DNA from: Candidatus Bathyarchaeota archaeon
GTDB lineage: Archaea > Thermoproteota > Bathyarchaeia > Bathyarchaeales > Bathycorpusculaceae
Reading direction: 5' to 3'
Length of the DNA stretch: 64,000 nucleotides
Assembly: GCA_963768425.1 (NCBI GenBank)
Contig: CAVYHV010000006.1
Location: 1 to 64,000, forward strand
How positions within the stretch are numbered: position 1 is the stretch's first letter; each line of letters begins with the position of its first letter. Positions 36,721 through 47,851 of the stretch are shown here, piece by piece. The position numbers and the translations under genes were made by a program. The notes beneath the pieces are model-generated. The model had not been told where the DNA came from. It saw only the letters and a program-made list of their open reading frames with translations, and searched no databases.

Positions 36721-37698
36721 GTGAAAGCATTAGGCATGTTATCAGGCGGTTTAGACAGCACCTTAGCAGTGAAACTTATCCAAGAGCAGGGAATAGATGT
36801 TGAAGCCATCAACTTCGTAACACCGTTTTGCCAATGCAGAAAAGGCGGATGTGGCGCTGCAGAAGCCGCAAAAACCTTCAACATACCCCTCAAAATGGTC
36901 AACGCAGGCACAGATTATTTACGCATGGTCAGAAAGCCAAGGTTCGGATATGGAAAAAACCTCAACCCCTGCGTAGACTGCAGAATATACATGCTAAAAA
37001 AGGCAAAACACTTCGCAAAACAAATCGGAGCAAAATTCATCTTCACCGGTGAAGTCCTTGGGCAACGCCCCATGTCACAGCATAAAGCAGCCCTCGATCT
37101 TATAGAACGAGAAGCAGGTTTGCAAGGAAAAATTCTTCGTCCACTGTCGGCTAAGCTTTTACCAAAAACGGAAGCAGAGACAAAAGGACTTGTTGAAGAA
37201 GAAGCGCTCAGAGACATAAGTGGGCGTTCAAGGAAACGTCAAATTGAAATGACCAAAGAATTTAACATCGTTAATTACCCTTGCGCGGCAGGTGGATGCC
37301 TCCTCACCGACAGACAATTTGCCAAAAGACTTCGAGACCTTTTCGAGCACAAAAAGAGAATAACCATCAAACAAGTTAATCTGCTCAAAGTGGGCCGACA
37401 CTTTCGGTTCGGGAAAAACAAGATTATTGTAGGAAGATCCGAAGCTGAAAACGGACTGTTGCTTAGAACTAAACAAAAAACCGATTATTTCTTTGAAGTG
37501 CCCGATTGTGGAAGCCCAATTACTATTCTTCAAGGACCAAAAACACGAGCTACGATAGAGAAAGCTGCAGCTTTAACCGTTTTTCACTCGGACAAAAAGA
37601 CGGGAGCAGTTCCAGTAAATTTCGGAAAAAATAAGCCCGACAGGAAAATAGTTATCTCAGCACCGCTTCAGGCAGAAGTTGATTTGCTTAGGATTTAA
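36721..37698 (+). CDS. ThiI/MnmA-like PP-loop tRNA sulfurtransferase with C-terminal NFACT-R/DUF814-like domain
   Basis: Motifs SGGLDS, NPCVDCR, TGEVLGQRPMSQ, GGCLLTD, GRHFR. Confidence 0.8.
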   Translation: MKALGMLSGGLDSTLAVKLIQEQGIDVEAINFVTPFCQCRKGGCGAAEAAKTFNIPLKMVNAGTDYLRMVRKPRFGYGKNLNPCVDCRIYMLKKAKHFAKQIGAKFIFTGEVLGQRPMSQHKAALDLIEREAGLQGKILRPLSAKLLPKTEAETKGLVEEEALRDISGRSRKRQIEMTKEFNIVNYPCAAGGCLLTDRQFAKRLRDLFEHKKRITIKQVNLLKVGRHFRFGKNKIIVGRSEAENGLLLRTKQKTDYFFEVPDCGSPITILQGPKTRATIEKAAALTVFHSDKKTGAVPVNFGKNKPDRKIVISAPLQAEVDLLRI

Positions 37699-37790
37699 GC
37701 CGACGCTGTTCTTTTCTCTTATTTAGGCGAAAAGACTAATCGTTTTGTGTTCGAAAAAACGATGCGCCAAAAAGAAAATACAAAAAACGG

Positions 37791-38147
37791 TTAAATGTAG
37801 TATTCAGGTTTGGAAGATTCAGAGATCAGTTTTTCTTTTTTACAGAAAGTGACGCAGAGAGTGCAAAAACCAGGCGTAATATCTTCAGCGGTAATCTCTT
37901 TATTGATTAGCTTTCTGGCAGTTTCGTGCGCCATCGTTTGTAGTTTTGGCATGAACGCCTCAACATGCTCTATGCCTTTGTAAGCACGTTTGGAACTAAG
38001 GTATTGGCTAACGGCGGCTTGTGTGGTTCCGAGTTTTCTGGCTGCTTCAGTTTGGGAAAGATTGTATTTTTGTACGAGTTCCTTAGCTAACATTGATCTG
38101 AAAATAGGCAGAACGTATTTGCCGACCATTTCACATTGAGGGTCCAT
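37791..38147 (-). CDS. Small HTH transcriptional regulator with Cys motifs
   Basis: PQCE...SQTEAARKLGTTQAAVSQYLSSKRA...FCTLCVTFC. Confidence 0.85.
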   Translation of the reverse strand: MDPQCEMVGKYVLPIFRSMLAKELVQKYNLSQTEAARKLGTTQAAVSQYLSSKRAYKGIEHVEAFMPKLQTMAHETARKLINKEITAEDITPGFCTLCVTFCKKEKLISESSKPEYYI

Positions 38148-38161
38148 TACAATCGTATCAT

Positions 38162-38176
38162 TATAACGCACTTATA
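38162..38176. promoter_or_regulatory. Sulfur-regulon palindrome TATAAC-GCA-CTTATA before the HTH regulator
   Basis: One mismatch; abuts TATA-like CTTATAAG. Confidence 0.55.
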
Positions 38177-38214
38177 CTTATAAGTCGTTTCAAATCAATC
38201 AACCTCTTCAGAGA

Positions 38215-38304
38215 CTATAAGGCTTGTTCTAAATCCGCATGTAAATCTTCGTAATCTTCAATTCCAAAGGATAGCCTGAGCAAATTATCCGTAACACCCA
38301 TCTG
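38215..38304 (-). pseudogene. C-terminal remnant of a Cys/Met-metabolism PLP enzyme (MetB/MetC-like)
   Basis: Minus strand reads QMGVTDNLLRLSFGIEDYEDLHADLEQAL*; the rest of the gene is absent. Confidence 0.75.
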
Positions 38305-38405
38305 GCAAAAAACCGGAATAAACAGAACATAATTATCACGCGGTACACAGGCGTGCCTTATTTCAAAAAGAATATAGCATCGTCAAGACTCAATTATAAA
38401 ACAAG

Positions 38406-38960
38406 ATGTTCCCAGAACTAGAAGACATTGCCAAACGCCGTAAACTACTGGGCCTTAAACAATCAGATTTAGCCAAAGCAGCGGGCGTAAGCCAATCCCT
38501 AATCGCCAAACTGGAAGCAGGAACAATAGACTCATCCTACACCAAAGTAAAAGCAATCTTCGACGTGCTCGAACGCTTAGAATTCAAGACCAAAGTCCAA
38601 GCTGAAAAAATCCTCCACACCGAAGTCGTCAGCGTCCAAAAGAGTGAGCCGGTTTCAGAAGTTGTAAAAATCATGAAAGAACACGGTTATTCACAGATAC
38701 CCGTCTTCGATGGGAAACAGCCTGTGGGAAGCATTTCGGAAAAGGCGATTCTGCGGCAGATTTTGGCTGGAAAAGACTTGGAGGAAATCTCTAAGCTGCC
38801 GACAGAAAGGATTATGGAGGAAGCTTTCCCGCAAATCAATGAGGATGCGCCGTTATCTTTGATTACTAGTCTTTTGCAGAATTATTCAGCGGTTTTAGTG
38901 TCAAAAAAAGGCGTGATACTGGGCATTATTACGAAGGCGGATTTGCTGCGGATGCTTTGA
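38406..38960 (+). CDS. XRE-HTH + CBS-pair transcriptional regulator
   Basis: GLKQSDLAKAAGVSQSLIAKLE; CBS motifs YSQIPV and GIITKADLL. Confidence 0.9.
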   Translation: MFPELEDIAKRRKLLGLKQSDLAKAAGVSQSLIAKLEAGTIDSSYTKVKAIFDVLERLEFKTKVQAEKILHTEVVSVQKSEPVSEVVKIMKEHGYSQIPVFDGKQPVGSISEKAILRQILAGKDLEEISKLPTERIMEEAFPQINEDAPLSLITSLLQNYSAVLVSKKGVILGIITKADLLRML

Positions 38961-39071
38961 CGCAAGACGGTTATTTTTAAGTATGAGGATTTCTTCTGAA
39001 TTGGTTACAAAGTGCTTTTATTAATGAGCTGAAGCGCGCCAAAAAAGCTTTAAGCGTCGCCGTTAAACTTT

Positions 39072-39084
39072 ATAACAGTGTTAT
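39072..39084. promoter_or_regulatory. Sulfur-regulon palindrome ATAAC-AGT-GTTAT before cysK
   Basis: Perfect motif overlapping TATA-like TTTATAA, 16 nt before the start codon. Confidence 0.7.
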
Positions 39085-39099
39085 GTGGCAGTGATTTAA

Positions 39100-40050
39100 T
39101 TGAAAATAAACAATAACGTATTAGAAACAATAGGCAAAACACCGCTAGTTCGCCTGAACCGATTAACCGAAGGCATAAACGCCATTGTCGTCGGCAAAAT
39201 AGAATCAAGAAACCCAGGAGGAAGCGTCAAAGACCGCATATGCCTAAGCATGATTATTGAAGCAGAGAAACAGGGCTTAATCAAACTAGGCACAACCATC
39301 ATTGAACCGACAAGCGGCAACACAGGAATTGGCTTAGCCATGGTAGCAGCCGTAAAAGGCTACAAACTAATCCTTACCATGCCAGAAACCATGAGCATCG
39401 AAAGACGCAGTCTACTCAAGGCCTACGGCGCACAACTCGTCCTCACACCAGGGCCAGAAGGCATGGGCGGCGCCATCAAAAAAGCTGAGGAAATAGCTGC
39501 GCAAACGCCCAACAGTTTCGTGCCGCAGCAATTCAAGAATATAGCCAACCCAAAAATCCACCGCGAAACCACAGGCCCAGAAATATGGGAAGACACTGAT
39601 GGCAAAGTAGACATTCTGGTTTCGGGTGTAGGCACTGGAGGAACAATAACCGGAGTGGCACAATACATAAAACCACTAAAACCCGCCTTCAAAGCAGTAG
39701 CTGTAGAACCCGCAGCTTCGCCAGTTTTGAGCGGGGGACAGAAGGGACCGCACAAAATTCAAGGGATAGGTGCTGGCTTCAAACCCGACGTGTTAAAACT
39801 TGATTTGGTAGATGAAATATTCAAAGTGACTGACGATGACGCTATCAAGACGGCGAGGCAACTGGCACAAAAAGAAGGCTTGCTTGTAGGCATATCCTCA
39901 GGTGCAGCAACGTATGCGGCGCTTGAAGTCGCGAAGCGAGCAGAAAACAAAGACAAACTCATCGTTGTGATTCTGCCAGATACAGGCGAACGTTACCTCA
40001 GCACGATCTTATTCCAAGAACCAGCAGAGCAGATTCCGACTGCTTTATAA
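39100..40050 (+). CDS. cysK: Cysteine synthase A (O-acetylserine sulfhydrylase)
   Basis: Motifs [40 protein letters not shown]. Confidence 0.96.
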   Translation: MKINNNVLETIGKTPLVRLNRLTEGINAIVVGKIESRNPGGSVKDRICLSMIIEAEKQGLIKLGTTIIEPTSGNTGIGLAMVAAVKGYKLILTMPETMSIERRSLLKAYGAQLVLTPGPEGMGGAIKKAEEIAAQTPNSFVPQQFKNIANPKIHRETTGPEIWEDTDGKVDILVSGVGTGGTITGVAQYIKPLKPAFKAVAVEPAASPVLSGGQKGPHKIQGIGAGFKPDVLKLDLVDEIFKVTDDDAIKTARQLAQKEGLLVGISSGAATYAALEVAKRAENKDKLIVVILPDTGERYLSTILFQEPAEQIPTAL

Positions 40051-40085
40051 TATCCTTTTTTTATATTTGCAAGCAGGAAAGAAAA

Positions 40086-41135
40086 ATGGTAACAAAAACC
40101 GAAAGGTCACAGCCCAAAGAAGCAGAGCAAGCAACCTGCAAAAAAGAAGAAGGCACATGGAGTCCAGAGAGCGCTCTTAATGCGCTTCTGAGTAACCATT
40201 ACAAAGTGGAGAAGGACTGGGTTGAGAAAGGCTTGCCAAAACTAGTGGATGAAATGGTGGCTAATTATGAGAAGTTTGGCGGTATGGACCACCTTACTGG
40301 GCGAGATCTTCCTTCGCAAGAAGTAGTTGTGGAAGTATTGGAAGACTTGTTAACTATTCTTTTTCCCGGATACTTAGGGAAGGAAGAAATCACCAAAGCT
40401 AACATAAAGTACTATCTTGGCACCAAGCTGAATTCAGTCTACATTCGCCTTACGAGCGAAGTTGAAAAAAGTTTGAAGTATATTTGCCGGAAAGCTGGGA
40501 CATGCCCCCAAGACATATGCCAATCACGTGCGCAAATTGTCGTTAAAGAGCTTCTTGAAAAGCTTCCTGAAATAAGATCTATGCTAAGCGGTGACATTCA
40601 AGGCGCCTATGAAGGTGACCCGGCAGCCGTGAGCACCGATGAAGTGATTTTGAGTTACCCGTGTGTGCTTGCAATTACAACTTACAGGATAGCACATGTG
40701 CTTTACCTCGACAGTGTACCCTTGATCCCCAGAATAATGAGTGAGCACGTTCACTCCCTAACAGGTATAGATATTCATCCAGGAGCAAGAATAGGCAAAA
40801 ACTTCTTCATCGACCATGGCACAGGCGTCGTCATCGGCGAAACCACTGAAATCGGGGACAACGTTAAACTTTACCAGGGTGTAACCTTGGGTGCGCTGAG
40901 TTTTGCCAAAGACGAGGAGGGTAACATCATCAAAGGAAGAAAACGGCACCCAACGATCGGAAACAACGTGATTATCTATTCGGGAGCGACAATCCTTGGG
41001 CGAAACGCTGTGGTCGGTGACGACGTTGTCATAGGTGGAAACGTGTGGGTAACTTCACCAATTGCCCCGGGAACCAAGATAACCATTACACCCCCTGAGC
41101 AGAATTACAAGAAAGAAAAACGCGTTGGAACCTGA
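40086..41135 (+). CDS. cysE: Serine O-acetyltransferase (long N-terminal, EpsC-type)
   Basis: Motifs [39 protein letters not shown]. Confidence 0.93.
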   Translation: MVTKTERSQPKEAEQATCKKEEGTWSPESALNALLSNHYKVEKDWVEKGLPKLVDEMVANYEKFGGMDHLTGRDLPSQEVVVEVLEDLLTILFPGYLGKEEITKANIKYYLGTKLNSVYIRLTSEVEKSLKYICRKAGTCPQDICQSRAQIVVKELLEKLPEIRSMLSGDIQGAYEGDPAAVSTDEVILSYPCVLAITTYRIAHVLYLDSVPLIPRIMSEHVHSLTGIDIHPGARIGKNFFIDHGTGVVIGETTEIGDNVKLYQGVTLGALSFAKDEEGNIIKGRKRHPTIGNNVIIYSGATILGRNAVVGDDVVIGGNVWVTSPIAPGTKITITPPEQNYKKEKRVGT

Positions 41136-41292
41136 ACAGGCAAAAGTTTAGTCTTCCATCGTTTCTTGTTCCCGTTTCCTTTTCCTTTTAAATAAGGATG
41201 AATTTAGAAGAAGTGCTTTTTGTGCGGTACGCTGCACTTTTGGCTTAAACAACCTTATATAAAAGCTCGTAAAGATTTGATGTGCAGGCTAC

Positions 41293-41368
41293 GCCTAGGT
41301 GGCCGAGTCGCATAAGCAATCGCCTGCAGAGCGATTTTACAGGGGTTCAATTCCCCTCCTAGGCTCCA
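41293..41368 (+). tRNA. tRNA-Cys(GCA) copy 2 with atypical D-arm
   Basis: GCCTAGG/CCTAGGC-T-CCA acceptor, ATCGC-CTGCAGA-GCGAT anticodon arm, AGGGG-TTCAATT-CCCCT; TATA-like CTTATATAA upstream. Confidence 0.85.
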
Positions 41369-41506
41369 TTTCCGCTTTTCCCAAGCTTTTGCGTGGTTCC
41401 TGAATATTTGAAGTTCAGTTCTTATTTTGGGATGTGAAAGAATCGGTCTGCTTTGGTATAGTGTTTATATTACTTTACCTTGATTTAATAAAAAAGAGTG
41501 AATTCG

Positions 41507-43996
41507 ATGCAAGCTTGGCCTAAAGAATACAGTTTTCTCGAAATAGAACGTAAATGGCAGCAGAAATGGGACGAAACAGGCATTTTCCGATTCGACTGGA
41601 ATGACACCAAGCGTGTTCCATTCAGCATAGATACTCCTCCGCCTTACCCATCAGGCGAACTTCACATGGGAAACGTTCTGAACTGGACTTATTTTGATAT
41701 CGTTGCGCGCTATAAGAGGATGCGCGGTTTCAATGTTCTTTTTCCGCAGGGGTGGGATTGCCACGGTTTAGGTATAGAAATTCAAGTTGAAAAGACTAAT
41801 AACATCCGTAAAAGGGACTTGCCGACCGACAAGTTCCGCGACATGTGTATTGCGCTGGTTGAGAAGTACATCGCGATGATGAAGGAAGGCATCCTTAGAT
41901 TGGGTTGCAGCATTGATTGGACAACTGAGTACCGCACCATGGACCCAGACTATTGGCGCCGCACTCAACTCAGCTTCATTCTCCTTCACAAGAAAGGTTT
42001 CATGTATCAGGGAACTCATCCAGTTAATTGGTGTCCACACGACGAAACCGCAATAGCCGACGCTGAGGTCGACTACGTCAAACGAGAAGGCACACTACAT
42101 TACATTCGCTTCCCAATTGCAGGAACGGATAATTTCTTGATGATTGCCACATCCCGTCCGGAGTTCATACCCGCTTGCGTCGCTATCGAGGTGAACCCGA
42201 AAGATGAGCGCTATTGCAAGTACATCGGCAAAACAATCACTGTACCAATCGTAAACCGCGTCGTTACAGTCATCGCAGACGAATGCGTGGATCCAGCTTT
42301 TGGCACAGGTGTGGTTATGATTTGCACATACGGCGATAAAGAAGACGTCAAAACCGTCCTCAAACACAAGCTACCCGTCATCACCCTGCTTACTGAGAAC
42401 GGGCGCATCAACGAAAACGGCGGTAAATACCAGGGCCTATACATGAACCAGGCACGCGCTGCCATCTTCCAAGACTTGACGGCTGCTGGTTTTATTGAGA
42501 AAACCGAGAAAATCAGTCAGGAAGTAGGCGTTTGCGACCGCTGCAAAGCCCAAGTAGAAATCCTTGAGCGCAAGCAGTGGTTCATGGAAACACGCAAACT
42601 CACTGACGCGGTTGAAAAAACAGCTAACGAAATTGAGTGGTACCCTGACTTCATGAAGAACAGGCTTATCGATTGGGCGAAATCGCTTGATTGGGACTGG
42701 GTCATCAGCCGCCAAAGGATCTTTGCAACTCCGATTCCAGTTTGGTTCTGCAAAAAATGCGGGGAACTAATCCTTGCAGATGAGGAGTGGGTGCCTATCG
42801 ACCCCAAGCTTGAAGGTCCACGCATCAGCAGCTGCCCCAAATGCGGTGGAACAGAGTTCGCGCCCGAAACGGATGTTTTCGACACGTGGATGGATTCCTC
42901 AATAACCTGCGCTGTTCATGCGGGTTGGCCAGACCGTGTAGATTGGCATAGACTTTTCCCTGCAAGCATGCATCCCTCTGGCACGGACATCATCAGGACT
43001 TGGGCTTACTACCTCATGGTTAGGCATCTTGCGCTTTTCGACGAAACCCCATTTAAGAGCGTTCTGATAAACGGGATGGTGCTGGGTCAAGACGGCAGAA
43101 AAATGAGCAAATCCCTCAAAAACTACATGGCGGCGCCTGAAGCCCTCAACAAATACGGGGCAGACGCTATTCGCCAATGGGCTGCAGGGGGAGGCGCAAC
43201 TGGCTCTGACATTCCCTACCGCATTCAGGATGTCGAGTACGGAAGAAGGTTTCTGGTTAAGCTGTGGAATGCGTCGGGGTTCGCAAGCAAACTCTTAAGC
43301 GACTACCAACCAGGCAACGAGGCATCGATGGATCTTCAGCTTTTGGACCGCTGGATGATTAGCCAAACTGAAAACGTGATTAAAAGAGTCACTGACGCCT
43401 ACGAGAAATGCCAATTCAACATTGCAGTGGAAGAAATCCGCAACTTCACCTGGCATCTGCTCTGCGATTCCTACTTGGAAGCCGTCAAAGACAGGCTCTA
43501 CCGACCTGAGTTGGCGGGGCAAGCCCAAAAAGTCGCCGCTCAACACGTGCTTCACGAGGTATTGTATCGTGTGCTGCAGCTTCTGTCGCCAGTTGTTCCC
43601 CACTTGACTGAAGAGATTTACCAGTGCATATACGCCGACGAAAAGGGCTACGGCAGCCTCCACGTTTCCCCTTGGCCCCACTGCGACGAGTCAATGGTGG
43701 ATGAGCAAGCGGAAAGGCAAGGCAACATTGTGCTGGGATTAATCAGTGAGGTTAGACGGGAAAAAGCAGAAAAACGCCTGCCGCTAAACATGCCGGTCAA
43801 AGTCTTAACGGTTTACGCTGGCGACCAGTCAGTCGCCGAAGCCATCAAAAGCGAGTTAATTGACATTTGCGGCGCTTGCAAAGTGGAAAACCTCCAAGTT
43901 CTACCTTCCGAAGGCGAGGGTAGAGCGTTGGCTCAATTCCCCACAGTGCACTTCCTCGCGGAATATCGGCCCCCAGTAGCCAGCCAAAAAACCTAA
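41507..43996 (+). CDS. valS: Valyl-tRNA synthetase (archaeal type)
   Basis: Motifs DTPPPYPSGELHMGN, DWVISRQR, DVFDTWMDSS, KMSKS. Confidence 0.95.
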   Translation: MQAWPKEYSFLEIERKWQQKWDETGIFRFDWNDTKRVPFSIDTPPPYPSGELHMGNVLNWTYFDIVARYKRMRGFNVLFPQGWDCHGLGIEIQVEKTNNIRKRDLPTDKFRDMCIALVEKYIAMMKEGILRLGCSIDWTTEYRTMDPDYWRRTQLSFILLHKKGFMYQGTHPVNWCPHDETAIADAEVDYVKREGTLHYIRFPIAGTDNFLMIATSRPEFIPACVAIEVNPKDERYCKYIGKTITVPIVNRVVTVIADECVDPAFGTGVVMICTYGDKEDVKTVLKHKLPVITLLTENGRINENGGKYQGLYMNQARAAIFQDLTAAGFIEKTEKISQEVGVCDRCKAQVEILERKQWFMETRKLTDAVEKTANEIEWYPDFMKNRLIDWAKSLDWDWVISRQRIFATPIPVWFCKKCGELILADEEWVPIDPKLEGPRISSCPKCGGTEFAPETDVFDTWMDSSITCAVHAGWPDRVDWHRLFPASMHPSGTDIIRTWAYYLMVRHLALFDETPFKSVLINGMVLGQDGRKMSKSLKNYMAAPEALNKYGADAIRQWAAGGGATGSDIPYRIQDVEYGRRFLVKLWNASGFASKLLSDYQPGNEASMDLQLLDRWMISQTENVIKRVTDAYEKCQFNIAVEEIRNFTWHLLCDSYLEAVKDRLYRPELAGQAQKVAAQHVLHEVLYRVLQLLSPVVPHLTEEIYQCIYADEKGYGSLHVSPWPHCDESMVDEQAERQGNIVLGLISEVRREKAEKRLPLNMPVKVLTVYAGDQSVAEAIKSELIDICGACKVENLQVLPSEGEGRALAQFPTVHFLAEYRPPVASQKT

Positions 43997-44004
43997 ACTC
44001 ACGT

Positions 44005-44823
44005 TATTTTTCCAATATTATTGTTGCTTTTTTCAATTCAGAAGCGAGCTGCTTCCAACTCCCTGAGCATGGCAGCAGGGTCATTTCTGTTTTTTTGGAT
44101 TAGGTCGATGAAGGCGCTTCCGACGATTACTCCGTCTGCTCCCGCCGCAACGATTCGTTTTACATGCTGCGGTTTTGAGACTCCGAAGCCGACTGCCAAA
44201 CAAATCTTTCCCGTAGTGACTGGCAGAACCCGTTTGATTAGCTCTATTGTTGAGTCTTCCACTGTCGTTTTTGCGCCTGTCACGCCGAAGTGGGAAACAA
44301 GGTAAAGAAAACCTGAAGAACACTGAACAATCGCTTTAAGCCGCTCCGGGCTAGTGGAGGGAGCTGCCAAAAAAATCGTGTCTAACCCAAAATATGCCGC
44401 CGCTTTCCTGAAGTCGCCGGATTCTTCAACTGGCAAATCGGGAACAATGATGCCGTCAACCTTGCATTCCTTGGCTAAACGGCAAAACTTCTTAAGTCCC
44501 ATCCTGAACACGGGATTGTAGTAGGTCATTATCACGATTGGTGTGTCGTGGTTTTTTCGTATCTCTTTTGCAATTTGTAGTACTTTTGCTGGTGTTGTGT
44601 CTGCTGACAATGCTCGAATGCTTGCAGCTTGAATTGTCGGTCCATCCGCAATTGGGTCAGAAAACGGCAACCCCAACTCCAAAACGTCTACTCCGCCTCG
44701 GATTAAGGCGTCAGCTATTTGGGCCGTCATCTCTATTGTTGGGTCCCCTGCGGTGACGTAACCGATGAGGGCAGCGTTTCCCTGGGCTTTGGTTTTTTGG
44801 AATGCCTGCTCTATCTTGCTCAT
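44005..44823 (-). CDS. trpA: Tryptophan synthase alpha chain (probable 3' frameshift)
   Basis: Motifs [33 protein letters not shown]. Confidence 0.95.
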
Positions 44824-46016
44824 ATTTTTGCTCCTATGTAGTCGGCAACTGTTTCGACGTCTTTGTCGCCTCGTCCTGAAAGAGTCACCACGATTGATTG
44901 GGTTTTCTTCATTTTCGGGGCAAGTTTTATGGCGTAGGCTACAGCATGGGATGACTCCAAGGCAGGGAGAATTCCTTCTTCTTTGCAAAGCATTAGGAAT
45001 GCGTCTATTGCTTCTTTGTCTGTAGCTGAAGCATACTTTGCTCTTTTGAGCGTTTTGAGGAAGGAGTGTTCCGGTCCGACGCCTGGATAATCTAAGCCAG
45101 CGGAAACACTGCTTGTGTTCTGGATTTGTCCGTTGACGTCCTGCAGCACGTAGGTTAGCATGCCATGGAAGACTCCTTCGGCTCCTGCGCCCAAAGACGC
45201 CGCGTGCTTGCCCGTTTCTAATCCTTCGCCCGCAGCTTCCACCCCGTAAAGTGAAACGTCTGCGTCGTCTTCGAACGGATAAAACGTGCCTACCGCGTTG
45301 CTTCCGCCGCCCACACAGGCAACCAAAGCGTCTGGAAGGCAGCCTTCTATTTTTTGGAATTGCTCTTTAAGTTCCTTGCCGATGACGCTTTGAAAATCGC
45401 GAACCATCATCGGGTACGGGTGAGGACCAACAACGGAGCCGATCAGGTAGTAGGTGGTTTCCAGGTTTGTTACCCAATCTCGGAAGGCTTCGTTTATCGA
45501 GTCCTTAAGCGTTTTTGAGCCTGTTTCCACAGGGTGCACCTGCGCGTTTAGAAGCTTCATGCGGAAAACGTTCAGGCGCTGCCGTTCACAGTCTTCCGTG
45601 CCCATGTAAACTTCTGCTTTCAAGCCTAACGCAGCGCATGCAATCGCCGTTGCCACGCCATGCTGACCCGCGCCTGTCTCTGCAATCACCCGCGTCTTGC
45701 CCATCCGTTTAGCCAGCAAAGCCTGCCCCAAAGTGTTGTTGATTTTGTGTGCGCCGCCATGGGCGAGGTCTTCGCGTTTAAGATAGATTTTGGCGCCGCC
45801 TATCTTGCGCGTCAGGTTTTCAGCAAAGTAGAGCGGTGTGGGTCGCCCGACGAAATCCGCCAAATAATAATCCAGTTGTTTCTGGAAGGCTGGGTCTTTT
45901 TTTGCTTGCTCATAGGCTTCTTCCAGTTCCTTAATTGCGCCCATCAGGACTTCGGGAACGAATCGTCCGCCATATTTCCCATATTTTCCGTCAACTGGAT
46001 AATCGCTTAACTTCAT
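44820..46016 (-). CDS. trpB: Tryptophan synthase beta chain (TrpB1)
   Basis: Motifs [43 protein letters not shown]. Confidence 0.97.
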   Translation of the reverse strand: MKLSDYPVDGKYGKYGGRFVPEVLMGAIKELEEAYEQAKKDPAFQKQLDYYLADFVGRPTPLYFAENLTRKIGGAKIYLKREDLAHGGAHKINNTLGQALLAKRMGKTRVIAETGAGQHGVATAIACAALGLKAEVYMGTEDCERQRLNVFRMKLLNAQVHPVETGSKTLKDSINEAFRDWVTNLETTYYLIGSVVGPHPYPMMVRDFQSVIGKELKEQFQKIEGCLPDALVACVGGGSNAVGTFYPFEDDADVSLYGVEAAGEGLETGKHAASLGAGAEGVFHGMLTYVLQDVNGQIQNTSSVSAGLDYPGVGPEHSFLKTLKRAKYASATDKEAIDAFLMLCKEEGILPALESSHAVAYAIKLAPKMKKTQSIVVTLSGRGDKDVETVADYIGAKI

Positions 46017-46796
46017 TTTGCATTCACAAACTCCTTGACTTTTTCTTCAATGTTGCGGCATGACATCATTGCTGAGCCGACCAGAAAAGCCCTGGCGCCG
46101 CTTTCACGGAGGAAAGAGTATGTCAGCAGAAGTTTTAATTCCGCTTTCACTTACCACCAGTTTGCCGTTTGAACCGTTTTTCTCTAAAATCTTTTTGGTC
46201 ACGTTCAAATCCACCTTAAAAGTTGCAAGGTCTCGGTTGTTTATCCCAACCAAATCCGCGTCTGTTTTCACGGCTGACTGAAACTCTGCCTCAGTGTGGG
46301 TTTCAAGCAAAACCTCCAGACCCAGCATGTGCGCTCCGGCAATCATTTCATCAAGGGTTCTGTCGCAGTAGCCGCGGTCAAAAAGCGCCTTAATCAACAG
46401 AACCGCGTTGGCTCCCATTTTATTTGCAGCATAAACCTGCACAGGGCTAAAAATAATGTCTTTCATCAGAATCGGAATCTGGACGGCTTCTCTTGCTGCG
46501 GCTAAAGCTTCCAACGAGCCGTCGAAATGTTTAGGCTCAGTTAAAACCGACAAAGCCACAGCTCCGCCTCTCTGCATTGCCCTCGCAACCTCGCCTGCGT
46601 CAACATTCTTTCTTGATTATGCCTGATGATGGGGAAGCAGCTTTGATTTCCGCTATGACTGGGATTGATTGGCATCTGCAAAATTGCTTTTCGCAAACTC
46701 AGGTGTATGCTTTCGACTGGCTTTGCTTTTTCGTAGTATTCGCTCTTCGATGGTTACTTGGGCGACATGCGCCAACACGTCAAGGTAGTCACTCAT
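46013..46796 (-). CDS. trpC: Indole-3-glycerol phosphate synthase (frameshifted)
   Basis: Motifs [34 protein letters not shown]. Confidence 0.92.
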
Positions 46797-47851
46797 ATTT
46801 TGCTTCAAACTCCTCAAGTTTAGATAGGCTTCCGCCTGAAGCCCCAATCAACGCTTTAAGTTTGCCGTAGGCTGCGCCGCTCAAGATTGATTCGCGGGCT
46901 AATTCCATGCCGCCCAAGAAGTCATCCGCTTTTCCGCCTAAAACGATTCCCGCCGCACTGTTAACTAGCACAAACTCCATTTTCGGGTCGTCAGTTGCCA
47001 GGTTGCCGCTGAGTATTTTGAAGAATACTTCCAGGCTTTCCTCAGCCGAGGACACCTGCAAATCAGCGACGTTTGCCTGCTTTACCCCAAAGTCGCTTGG
47101 CGAAACCTGTAGCTCCGTGACTTTGCCATCCTTCAACCATGCAACCGCCGTTTTTCCAACCGTTGAAATCTCATCTAAACCGTCCAATCCATGGACAACC
47201 ATGGCTTCCTCGCAGCCCAGGCGACCCAAAGCGTAAGCCATCGGAGCAGTCAGTTTGGAGTCGTAGACGCCGAGCAGTTGAGCGTTTGCGCCTGCGGGAT
47301 TGGTTAAGGGTCCGAGAAGGTTGAATACTGTGCGGATGCCGATTTCCCGTCTGGCTTCAGCCGCGTACTTCATAGCTGGGTGGAATGCTGGAGCAAACAT
47401 GAAACCTATCCCCACCTTCTCTATGAGGTTTTGAACGCTTTGTGGATCCAAGTATAGATTTAAGCCAAGTTTTTCCAGTACGTCGGCGCTTCCGCTTTTG
47501 CTGGTCACCGACCTGTTTCCATGTTTAGCCACTGGGACTCCTGCGCCAGCGATGACAAAGGCAGCTGCCGTGCTTACGTTGAAGGTTTTTATTTTGTCTC
47601 CGCCTGTCCCGCATGTATCTACAAGGCGACCCTTCACAGCGGGGATGGATTTGGCTGCTTTCTTCACGCATCACGGACGCGAAGGCAATGAGTTCTTCAA
47701 TTGCTTCGCCTTTCATCCGCAGAGCGGTTAGGAACGCGGCGGTCTGCGAGTTTGTTGCTTGACCCGACATGACTTCACGCATGATTTCGCCTGACTCAAC
47801 GCTGGTTAAGCTGTTGCCTTCGATGAGTTTCTGTATGCCTTCCCGAATCAC
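46789..47851 (-). CDS. trpD: Anthranilate phosphoribosyltransferase (frameshifted)
   Basis: Motifs [36 protein letters not shown]. Confidence 0.95.
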
